Below are positions 8,850-16,336 of a stretch of DNA of 64,000 nt, piece by piece; within the stretch, counting starts at the first letter, position 1; each line of letters opens with the position of its first letter. Source of the stretch: a virus; UHGV virus genome UHGV-0117634. The stretch is one strand, 5' to 3'. A program made the position numbers and the translations under genes. A model generated the notes under the pieces. It was not told the DNA's origin. It was given only the letters and a program-made list of their open reading frames with translations, and did not search any database.

Positions 8850-8877
8850 TATATAATTTTATAGATGCCACTGTCAA
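8850..8877 (-). promoter_or_regulatory. sigma70-like promoter upstream of rIIA (TTGACA-N16-TATATA)
   Basis: Minus strand TTGACAgtggcatctataaaatTATATA about 30 nt upstream of the rIIA ATG. Confidence 0.4.
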
Positions 8878-8878
8878 G

Positions 8879-9058
8879 TTACTTTTTAAATTTCTTTCCA
8901 GTTCCGTTGCAGTAAGGGCAACAATGTCCCATACCAGCTATACCAGAACCTTCACACTCATCACAAGGTTCTGTCTCTGAGAAGTACTTGCATAGTAGCA
9001 CTGCAATGGCAACAATACAACCTAATGATAGAACAATCTCTAACCAATAACTTTGCAT
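8879..9058 (-). CDS. small membrane-anchored protein with two CxxCxGxG (DnaJ-type zinc-finger) motifs (~59 aa, not in ORF track)
   Basis: Translation MQSYWLEIVLSLGCIVAIAVLLCKYFSETEPCDECEGSGIAGMGHCCPYCNGTGKKFKK: one TMD then CDECEGSG and CPYCNGTG. Confidence 0.4.
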   Translation of the reverse strand: MQSYWLEIVLSLGCIVAIAVLLCKYFSETEPCDECEGSGIAGMGHCCPYCNGTGKKFKK

Positions 9059-9375
9059 ACATTTTCTCCTACAGTTCTAAATAGAACAAAACTTCTGTCA
9101 TGAACAATACTCGAAGATACTGCAAAACTATTCTCAAGTATATTTTTATTTGGATTGTAGAATCCTTCTTGGAACAAATCAAGTGCCTCTTGATGATTTT
9201 GTGGCAGACCTTTGATGTAAACCTTCAAAGTGACCGTTGTATAAATCTCAGAAGCTAACTCTGACTGTGCTGCTTGAAACAGTTCGTTGATAAACTTGTG
9301 ACCATCTTCAGGACGCTGAATGTTTTCCCAACGTTCTTCAATGATTACATTGACATTCATCTGTTTAATTTTCAT
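9040..9375 (-). CDS. hypothetical protein (111 aa)
   Basis: ORF-track ORF downstream of the NAMPT-family gene. Confidence 0.4.
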   Translation of the reverse strand: MKIKQMNVNVIIEERWENIQRPEDGHKFINELFQAAQSELASEIYTTVTLKVYIKGLPQNHQEALDLFQEGFYNPNKNILENSFAVSSSIVHDRSFVLFRTVGENVCKVIG

Positions 9376-9599
9376 AGTCTGTTAATTCCTTTGCAAGTTT
9401 TACGAAACTCTCTGCGAAGCTTTCTAATCTGACGTTTAGTAGGTTTTGTAGGGAATTTGTAATCATCCACAAAAACCTGCATATCATCTCTGTAGTCTTC
9501 TGCAAACCATAACTGCCAAGATGCTACACAATATCCACCAAAGAATCCAGTACTATCTGTATAAAATAAATCAGTGTTAAATCTCATAACATTCTCCAC
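9372..9599 (-). CDS. hypothetical protein (75 aa)
   Basis: ORF-track ORF; GGAG RBS; overlaps next gene start. Confidence 0.4.
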   Translation of the reverse strand: MENVMRFNTDLFYTDSTGFFGGYCVASWQLWFAEDYRDDMQVFVDDYKFPTKPTKRQIRKLRREFRKTCKGINRL

Positions 9600-9604
9600 A
9601 AATT

Positions 9605-9627
9605 AAAAAGGCTCCCGTAGGAGCCTC
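9605..9627 (-). terminator. rho-independent terminator after NAMPT-family gene
   Basis: Plus AAAAAGGCTCCCGTAGGAGCC; stem GGCTCC/GGAGCC, tetraloop, T-run on minus strand. Confidence 0.6.
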
Positions 9628-9640
9628 TTATCATACTATT

Positions 9641-11458
9641 TTACAGTTGCTTGTCAATAACTTTTCGTACATCACGAAGGTTAACGTAACCATATGGTTG
9701 TGAGTCACAGAAGACAAGCTTCAAAGCACACTGAGGGTTGTCAATGACACCTTCAAACTCTGCAAATCCTAAGCCATCTACAGCTTCCAGCTTATCACCA
9801 TCCCACATAGGAATGACACCACCAAAAGCAGATTTCTTAAGACCACTATCTGTTTTAGGGTCTTTAGCCAGCATGATTTCTTTACCATCCATCTGTGCAA
9901 GAGTTGCTTTAACAGCAAATGCAAAGGTATCGCGAGTCAAGTACTGATAAGTGTATGAACCTACACCAAACACTACGTTAGAACTTGCAAAACCCTTATC
10001 AGCAAGACGTGACAGGATATCATTAGCTCTTTCCAGAGTGATAGAATCACCGTAGATTAATCCAATGTGCTCATCCAGTACTTTGTACCCTTTGGAGTTA
10101 ACAGTGCCACCAAAGATGTTATACAGCGTGTGGATAGCCCCATCAATCTCTGCTGTCAGCATACGCTTCACAGTAAACTGTCCAGTTTTCTGAGCGGTAA
10201 TCAGGTTGATTGTATCAGCAGATTCAAAATCTTCCTTATCAACAACCATCTCATAACCTTCAGAGATTAGCCAAGCAGAGAACCCAAAGCCAATATCAGA
10301 CATTTCACAATTCAAGATTGTGTCATGCAGATGTGTATTGTTCGGTGCAAGCTCTTTCATGTGCTTGTAGAACATTGACTTAGCAGTTTCCCACTCAATG
10401 GCTTTGTAACCAGTAACAATGTGAACAGGGTCTCCAGAGTCTGGACGGATTACCAACTTACCATCACGATTCAGAATCACATTACGTAGCTCTGGTAAAA
10501 TCTGTGTAACAGTTCTCCAGAAGTTGTAAGTATCTGATACAACACTTGCAATACCAGTTGGGTAGACTTCTGTCAGAAGACGTTGGAAAGTTTCTACCTC
10601 ACCACGCCAACGCATTGCATCTAACAAGTTGTCAGACTGTAGCAGATGCCAATCACTTACTTCTTTTGCACAACTATTCCATGAGATGTTTGCACACATC
10701 ACAGAGTGTTCAGTTGCTGGTACAGAGTTCCCGATATCACTTACAGTCATAAACTGACCATATGCACGTTTAGCTGTGTATACAGCAGGGAAGCTGTCAG
10801 TACCTTTAAAACTTGTCAGGTGACCTACTGCGTTAAACGCATCATCTGTGAATCCAGACATACCACGCATTGCAAAGTCATGACACTGCCAAGGAAGATG
10901 GAAGTCGTTATCACAGGTCAAATCTGACCACTTCTTACAAATACGTTTGTAATGTAGTGCAATAGTTGCAATTGTACAAGCTTTCCAGATTTCAGCAGAG
11001 AAAGCATCTTCGAGATAACCAGCTACCCAATGGAAGCCCTCTACAGTGTTTTTGAATATAATCATCGGGACACGCATAGGGACAATTGTACCTTCCTCTA
11101 CAGAGTAGACTTCAACAGGCAGATAACCTAAGTCATGAAGTTCTTCCCAATGTTGGCGACCAATAGCATCTGCACCAAGAACACCATTCATGATTTCCAA
11201 GATTTCGTCAATGGCTTCTTTCTTATCGCGTTCAAAGAACGTTGCATTCCAGTGGTCTACCAGATAGTCTTTTACAAAACGCTGAATACCAAATGCTACA
11301 ACACCATCAATTTCTAATGGAGAGTTAAACCATTTGTCTCCACGAGGTGTTAAGTTCAGCATAAGATACTGAGTAGCATCTGGATACTGGTAGATATGAC
11401 CAGCTTTGTAAGCATCTGCGTTAAGTCCTGCTGGTACTGCATAGATTGATTTAGTCAT
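9641..11458 (-). CDS. nadV: nicotinamide phosphoribosyltransferase-family protein (NAMPT/NadV-like; candidate Namat of an NAD+ reconstitution pathway)
   Basis: Clear NAMPT motifs: DAYKAGHIYQYP, FAMRGMSGF...SFKGTDS, SVPATEHS, VVSDTYNFW, IRPDSGDP, IYGDS, FGVGSY...LTRD. Confidence 0.9.
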   Translation of the reverse strand: MTKSIYAVPAGLNADAYKAGHIYQYPDATQYLMLNLTPRGDKWFNSPLEIDGVVAFGIQRFVKDYLVDHWNATFFERDKKEAIDEILEIMNGVLGADAIGRQHWEELHDLGYLPVEVYSVEEGTIVPMRVPMIIFKNTVEGFHWVAGYLEDAFSAEIWKACTIATIALHYKRICKKWSDLTCDNDFHLPWQCHDFAMRGMSGFTDDAFNAVGHLTSFKGTDSFPAVYTAKRAYGQFMTVSDIGNSVPATEHSVMCANISWNSCAKEVSDWHLLQSDNLLDAMRWRGEVETFQRLLTEVYPTGIASVVSDTYNFWRTVTQILPELRNVILNRDGKLVIRPDSGDPVHIVTGYKAIEWETAKSMFYKHMKELAPNNTHLHDTILNCEMSDIGFGFSAWLISEGYEMVVDKEDFESADTINLITAQKTGQFTVKRMLTAEIDGAIHTLYNIFGGTVNSKGYKVLDEHIGLIYGDSITLERANDILSRLADKGFASSNVVFGVGSYTYQYLTRDTFAFAVKATLAQMDGKEIMLAKDPKTDSGLKKSAFGGVIPMWDGDKLEAVDGLGFAEFEGVIDNPQCALKLVFCDSQPYGYVNLRDVRKVIDKQL

Positions 11459-11478
11459 CTTTTTATCTCTCTCAAAGT

Positions 11479-11494
11479 GGGGCTTTTCAGCCCC
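11479..11494 (-). promoter_or_regulatory. second copy of GGGGCTTTTCAGCCCC hairpin (intergenic, between PRPP-synthetase-family and NAMPT-family genes)
   Basis: Identical 16-mer to the one in the rIIB promoter spacer; here no good -35/-10 flank it. Confidence 0.4.
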
Positions 11495-11502
11495 TAAAGT
11501 TT

Positions 11503-12402
11503 TTATTCAATATTTACTACAGTCACTTGTGAGAAGTGTGAAAGTCCACGCCATTTAGCACTTCCTAATGAATCTGTAGTGTAGATATGGTCAATACCGT
11601 TGTCAAGAAGATTTTCAACACCTTTAGAGAAAATCCCATGAGTGACATATAGTTCTACATGTTCTGCACCAGCTTCACGAAGATACTTTGCAGCCTCAAT
11701 GAAGGTACGACCACCGTCACAGATATCATCCAGAATCATGACAGTCTTACCTGTTAAGTCTACATCATCAAGGATTCGCATACCAGTTATTTCACCAGTT
11801 TTTAGGTTGCGTACCTTAGCCATTGTGATATATGGCTTTTCAACATCCTTAGCAGCTTCTTCTGTCTTCTTAGCTGCACCTGCATCTGGAGCCACTAAGT
11901 AATCAATTCGTGGGTCACTTGCAAAGTGTGATGCAACGGCTTTTTGTGGAACATTATAGAAGCACTTGAACAAATTTTCTGCTACGTTGCTGTGAACATC
12001 CAGAGCACATACAGAATCAAATTCCATAGCATTTACCAGATTGGCAAACACTTTCAATGCTGCTGCATCTCCTTTAAACATGTGTCGGTCATATCTTGCA
12101 TTTGGTAAGAAACCAAATAACACTGACTTCATTGTTGTTTGTTGAGGTATAAGGTTGTCAATTGCTTCTTTAGCCAAAGCTAATGCAAATAAGGTGTCTT
12201 TGTCATAACCTTGTACCGTGAAGATTACGTTTTCAATTTTTCCAGCAGCATGTTTAGCAAAATCTACTAAGTCTTCTGAAAAGTTACCACCAATTTCCCC
12301 TGAAGGGAACTGAATAATGTTGAAGGTCTCTTGGTGTGAACCTTTTGAATTTGAATTAAGCAGAACTTGAATAGTAGTTTCCATAGTATTTCTCTCAGTC
12401 AA
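11503..12402 (-). CDS. ribose-phosphate pyrophosphokinase (PRPP synthetase)-family protein (candidate Adps)
   Basis: PRTase-type binding loop VMILDDICDGGRTF and overall Prs-like layout; immediately upstream of the NAMPT-family gene. Confidence 0.8.
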   Translation of the reverse strand: MTERNTMETTIQVLLNSNSKGSHQETFNIIQFPSGEIGGNFSEDLVDFAKHAAGKIENVIFTVQGYDKDTLFALALAKEAIDNLIPQQTTMKSVLFGFLPNARYDRHMFKGDAAALKVFANLVNAMEFDSVCALDVHSNVAENLFKCFYNVPQKAVASHFASDPRIDYLVAPDAGAAKKTEEAAKDVEKPYITMAKVRNLKTGEITGMRILDDVDLTGKTVMILDDICDGGRTFIEAAKYLREAGAEHVELYVTHGIFSKGVENLLDNGIDHIYTTDSLGSAKWRGLSHFSQVTVVNIE

Positions 12403-12421
12403 AAGTTACGTTTGTAAATTA

Positions 12422-12871
12422 TTATTCCCAAATAATTTTCTTTCTTTTTAATTTAATGATGTTCTTTTTACAATACTCAACTGCCTCATCCATTGTATCA
12501 AACATCATCTCACCAATAAAGTACTTAACATTTGGGTTTTGCTCTTGTATTATTTGGATTTCTGTAGTTTTTACTTGGTCTTTTACACCAGTAACCAGTC
12601 TTGCTAGTCGTGGTTCATTTTCCATAAATGGTTTGCTTAACTGGTTGATATAAAGAACTCCACCATTTTTGCTACCATGCTTGACAGTCACGAGAACCCC
12701 AACTTTACGCAACGCTGATAAGTAATACCTTGAATTAGCTATCGGCATTTTCTTAAGATAATCACAATTACTTCTTAGAGCTTTCACCGCTTCATTGGAA
12801 TCAAATTCCTTATCAGTCCCGAACTTTTCGTGTAGTATCTCAACAAGCGTTACATAAAATGAGCTAATCAT
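12422..12871 (-). CDS. hypothetical protein, tandem paralog B (149 aa)
   Basis: Same length as and about 45% identical to 12898..13347 (shared EIL..KFGT..FDSNEA...YL.ALR..GVL.TV and C-terminal YFI...MF.T..EAVE.CKK.IIK.KR.KIIWE). Confidence 0.6.
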   Translation of the reverse strand: MISSFYVTLVEILHEKFGTDKEFDSNEAVKALRSNCDYLKKMPIANSRYYLSALRKVGVLVTVKHGSKNGGVLYINQLSKPFMENEPRLARLVTGVKDQVKTTEIQIIQEQNPNVKYFIGEMMFDTMDEAVEYCKKNIIKLKRKKIIWE

Positions 12872-12897
12872 AACTTTGTCTCTTTAGCTAGTGTAAA

Positions 12898-13347
12898 TTA
12901 TTCCCAAATAATCTTTGCACGTTTAATCTTAATGATGTGTTTTTTGCAATGCTCAACAGCCTCTTCTAAGGTATTAAACATCGCACTTTCAATAAAGTAC
13001 CTTACGTCAGGGTCTGTGTCAACAATTTTGTTCTCATCTTTATTTTTAGGTTCTTCATGTGATTCATCCAATAATGGTGATAGCTGGATGTGCTTTTCCA
13101 TGAAGGATTTATTTAACTGGTTAATGCTCAGTCTACCTTTACTTTTTATCTGGCCTACAGTCATTAGTACACCAGTTTGTCGTAATGCTGTCAAGTAACC
13201 ACGAGCATTATTAATTGATTGACCTCTAATGTATAGGCTTTTCTTTCGAAGTACATCAATAGCCTCATTAGAATCAAATGTCCCCTCTGTTCCAAACTCT
13301 TTATACAAAATTTCTATTACATGTTTTTGTAAATTACAAAAAATCAT
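12898..13347 (-). CDS. hypothetical protein, tandem paralog A (149 aa)
   Basis: Paralog of 12422..12871; conserved GTAACTTTTGACTGAGAGAAA leader upstream. Confidence 0.6.
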   Translation of the reverse strand: MIFCNLQKHVIEILYKEFGTEGTFDSNEAIDVLRKKSLYIRGQSINNARGYLTALRQTGVLMTVGQIKSKGRLSINQLNKSFMEKHIQLSPLLDESHEEPKNKDENKIVDTDPDVRYFIESAMFNTLEEAVEHCKKHIIKIKRAKIIWE

Positions 13348-13358
13348 AATATTTTCTC

Positions 13359-13652
13359 TCAGTCAAAAGTTACAAATGTTACAGCCATAGCTGTTTTACA
13401 TTTCTTTGGGTCTACAGTGTGATAAATAACTAAACAGTTACCTGTTCCATCTGGTACTGGTTTTGTCCAAGTACGTTCAATATTTGGCTCTCCAAATTCT
13501 TTATAGAATCCGTTGGAGTAGTGGTCAATCATCTCAATAGCAAGTGCATCTGGGACGTGACCACGTATCATATACATCTCACTACCGTTTCCAGCTTCAC
13601 TAATAAGTTCTTTGATATCCCATTGTTCTCTAGACATGATAAGTTGCCTCAT
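13359..13652 (-). CDS. hypothetical protein (97 aa)
   Basis: ORF-track ORF. Confidence 0.4.
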   Translation of the reverse strand: MRQLIMSREQWDIKELISEAGNGSEMYMIRGHVPDALAIEMIDHYSNGFYKEFGEPNIERTWTKPVPDGTGNCLVIYHTVDPKKCKTAMAVTFVTFD

Positions 13653-14145
13653 AAACTTCCCTAAACTTCAACAAGAGAGATATTGCCAGAACTGCATAGC
13701 TCCTGTCAAGCATTGGTGGCATATTATTTTTAAGATATGCTTTCTGTTCTTCCCAAGTCATCTTAGGAGTCTCAGGAAGTTTCTCACCTTGCTTCTGATT
13801 ATCTTCTTGTGTCTGGATAAACCAGTTTGAGCAATGGTGCTCTCCACCTTTTGTCACAGGCTTATGGTGGCCTAATGTGAAAGCTTTCTTTCCAGAATAT
13901 CTACAAAGCTTATTAAGGGTTGCAATAGTGTTCTTGACAACGCAGTATTCATAGAGGTTGTCAATAGTGTAATGAGGGTAGTACTGGAACAAGGCACTAT
14001 CACGGAACTTACCACGATTCCAAAGCACCATGTGATTAGAATTTGAAGGGTCATACTTATGTGACTCGATGAACTCTTGACGCTCATCAAAATCAAGACG
14101 AAGAACAGACATTGCAGCAGCACGTTTCATATTTGAATGGTACAT
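13630..14145 (-). CDS. hypothetical protein with possible HNH-like nuclease motif
   Basis: LGHHKPVTKGGEHHCSNW resembles the HH..P..GG....N HNH core; weak. Confidence 0.35.
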   Translation of the reverse strand: MYHSNMKRAAAMSVLRLDFDERQEFIESHKYDPSNSNHMVLWNRGKFRDSALFQYYPHYTIDNLYEYCVVKNTIATLNKLCRYSGKKAFTLGHHKPVTKGGEHHCSNWFIQTQEDNQKQGEKLPETPKMTWEEQKAYLKNNMPPMLDRSYAVLAISLLLKFREVYEATYHV

Positions 14146-14164
14146 GATTTCTCCAAAATAAAAA

Positions 14165-14186
14165 AGGGAACCTTTTACAGTTCCCT
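14165..14186 (-). terminator. rho-independent terminator
   Basis: Plus AAAAAGGGAACCTTTTACAGTTCCCT; stem AGGGAAC/GTTCCCT, T-run on minus strand. Confidence 0.5.
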
Positions 14187-14198
14187 AATCATATACGT

Positions 14199-14510
14199 TT
14201 ACTGAGCTATTTTCAAGACTTTTAAGAAACCTCCCTCACCAATTGCATCATAAACGTTTTCAGTTGGCTTGATAAGGTTGTTCAAGCATACAATTTTCTT
14301 ACGCTTCTTGTCATAAGTAAGCTTCAGTTGTTTCAACTCTTTGTCATCTTCAGGGTGCTCGTTGTACATCTTCACAGCTTCTTTAAAGCTAATGTAGCCA
14401 CCACCTAAAGTAAGGAAACCTGTACCACAATAGTGGGAGTTGTGTTTATCAGCCATAAACTGGCACAGGATAGAAATCTGAATTTTACGAGTGTTATAAA
14501 TCTTTTCCAT
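14199..14510 (-). CDS. hypothetical protein (103 aa)
   Basis: ORF-track ORF; AAGGATTATTAAAATG leader. Confidence 0.45.
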   Translation of the reverse strand: MEKIYNTRKIQISILCQFMADKHNSHYCGTGFLTLGGGYISFKEAVKMYNEHPEDDKELKQLKLTYDKKRKKIVCLNNLIKPTENVYDAIGEGGFLKVLKIAQ

Positions 14511-14521
14511 TTTAATAATCC

Positions 14522-14779
14522 TTACTTGCTACGTTTGCGGTTGCGAGCTTTTTTAGCTGCACGTTTAATTGCTGCTGCACCAGTTTGGCGATGAGCTTGC
14601 TTCTTACCACCTTTACCACGTCCAACATGGATGTAAGGTTGCTGTTCAATCTGACTTGCAAGAACCTGTGCAACTGCTGAAGCATCTACACCAACTTGTT
14701 TACCAGTCATTGAAACGATAGCTGCTGCTTTCGCCAGAGCCGCTAAGAAACCTGCTTTCATGTTTGAAAAAATTCCCAT
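14522..14779 (-). CDS. small protein with Lys/Arg-rich C-terminal tail (85 aa)
   Basis: C-terminus KRAAKKARNRKRSK; leader AAAGAGAGATATTAAAATG identical to the rIIB leader. Confidence 0.45.
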   Translation of the reverse strand: MGIFSNMKAGFLAALAKAAAIVSMTGKQVGVDASAVAQVLASQIEQQPYIHVGRGKGGKKQAHRQTGAAAIKRAAKKARNRKRSK

Positions 14780-14794
14780 TTTAATATCTCTCTT

Positions 14795-15073
14795 TTAAAG
14801 TTTAATACAGAACTGGTCTAGTTCTTCTTTTTCTATGATAACCGTAACATTGTCATATGTTACATCTGTGAAAAGCATTTGTCCATCACCAAGCGTTGAT
14901 TTTTCATCAACTGTGAATGTAACCTGCTTAACAAGCGCAGCTAAAGCTGTTAAGCCACTTTCTCCAAACTTTTCATGAGTTTTCACCATCCACTCATCGA
15001 GTGAGTTAATGTTATAAGTCCACTTACCGGAGTAGCTACTCTGCTCTCCATTGACAGTCGCCTTGCCAGCCAT
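14795..15073 (-). CDS. hypothetical protein
   Basis: ORF-track ORF 14795..15151 trimmed to internal Met (MAGKATVNG) preceded by GGAGAAAAGAG RBS; overlaps nrdG 3' end. Confidence 0.35.
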   Translation of the reverse strand: MAGKATVNGEQSSYSGKWTYNINSLDEWMVKTHEKFGESGLTALAALVKQVTFTVDEKSTLGDGQMLFTDVTYDNVTVIIEKEELDQFCIKL

Positions 15074-15521
15074 ACTCTTTTCTCCACAGTATTTGATTGT
15101 CAGACCCACGATACGGTTTGTGTGTCGGTTTAGAAGCATCATACTTACCATCTACTACCACGTCAACATATTTCATCACTTCTAAGTGAATTTTTTCATG
15201 TAGCTGGTAACCTGTCCACAACCATATAGTTTTATCTGGATAGACAGTCTTAATCCGCTTACAGATATTTGTCACTTCCTGTACGTTTCGGTCATCAAGA
15301 GGTTCTCCACCTAATATAGAGAATCCACTGATAGCATCATCGTTCATTAGTTGCATAATGCCATAAAGGTTTGCATAAGTAAACTCCTTGCCAGCATTAA
15401 ACTTCCAAGACTCCCTGTTAAAGCATCCTTCACAGTGGTGTTTGCAGCCAGCTACAAAAAGACTAACACGAGCACCTTCACCGTTTGCTGTATCGAATTT
15501 TCGTATTTCCATGTAATTCAT
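15036..15521 (-). CDS. nrdG: anaerobic ribonucleotide reductase activating protein (radical SAM)
   Basis: CKHHCEGC radical-SAM cysteine motif; adjacent to nrdD. Confidence 0.8.
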   Translation of the reverse strand: MNYMEIRKFDTANGEGARVSLFVAGCKHHCEGCFNRESWKFNAGKEFTYANLYGIMQLMNDDAISGFSILGGEPLDDRNVQEVTNICKRIKTVYPDKTIWLWTGYQLHEKIHLEVMKYVDVVVDGKYDASKPTHKPYRGSDNQILWRKEYGWQGDCQWRAE

Positions 15522-15913
15522 TAAATCACCTCAACTTCAAACCTTACATGTTTTGTGACGTACTCTTCACAGTGTTCTTTAATAAATTCCTGAAGGAGTT
15601 CATCTTCCTGAGCACGAGTCATCAGAGCAACATACTTTGGATTCATCGTTTGTTCAATGCTGTAGAAGGATAGGTCACCAATCTCTGTGCCATATGAGTC
15701 TGACCATGTACCAGTTGCTACCAAAACTTTACCACATAGTGATGGAGGGATACTAATACCTTCTTCCTCAGATTCACCAATGACAGCTTCATCAATCATC
15801 AGTGTGCAAGTGAGGTAAAACTCTGAGTATTTTCTGTGAGTCTTCTCACAAGAACCGCACTCTAAAGCATAATCTTTAAGCCAATCTCTCTGAGCTTTAT
15901 TTAATTTAGTCAT
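15521..15913 (-). CDS. hypothetical protein (130 aa)
   Basis: ORF-track ORF between nrdD and nrdG. Confidence 0.45.
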   Translation of the reverse strand: MTKLNKAQRDWLKDYALECGSCEKTHRKYSEFYLTCTLMIDEAVIGESEEEGISIPPSLCGKVLVATGTWSDSYGTEIGDLSFYSIEQTMNPKYVALMTRAQEDELLQEFIKEHCEEYVTKHVRFEVEVI

Positions 15914-16007
15914 CTTTCTTTCCTTTCAATGTGTTGTATAAAAGACCTAACAAAAAGCCTAGTAGAACAGAACCTACTAAGGTAACTAATAAGAATGTCT
16001 TAATCAT
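15906..16007 (-). CDS. tiny hydrophobic peptide (~33 aa, not in ORF track)
   Basis: MIKTFLLVTLVGSVLLGFLLGLLYNTLKGKKDD; ATGA start/stop overlap with upstream gene and overlap with downstream ATG. Confidence 0.25.
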   Translation of the reverse strand: MIKTFLLVTLVGSVLLGFLLGLLYNTLKGKKDD

Positions 16008-16267
16008 TCGCCATACCACCATATAGTTTGGTTATTGTCACAAGTATATAGGTACTCTGTACCAATTTGAGGAACAACAATTGTCGTATTCCCTGAGATT
16101 ACTGTCATGTAGTACATGTATTCTCTACTTTGTGATGTTTGCTGACAATTGTTTGCATTCATCCAAATTCTTGTTTGATAAGTGTCATATATGAGTAATC
16201 CAACCATGATTGCTAATGCAATTCCAAGGAACCATAACCAAAATTTAGGCCAAAAATCGTAACTCAT
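16004..16267 (-). CDS. small membrane protein (87 aa)
   Basis: N-terminal hydrophobic helix (FWLWFLGIALAIMVGLLIY). Confidence 0.45.
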   Translation of the reverse strand: MSYDFWPKFWLWFLGIALAIMVGLLIYDTYQTRIWMNANNCQQTSQSREYMYYMTVISGNTTIVVPQIGTEYLYTCDNNQTIWWYGE

Positions 16268-16336
16268 ATTTTAATACTCTGCTCCAATAAAAAGGTGATG
16301 CAAGCCTATCAAGACCTACACCACCTTGTCAACTAC

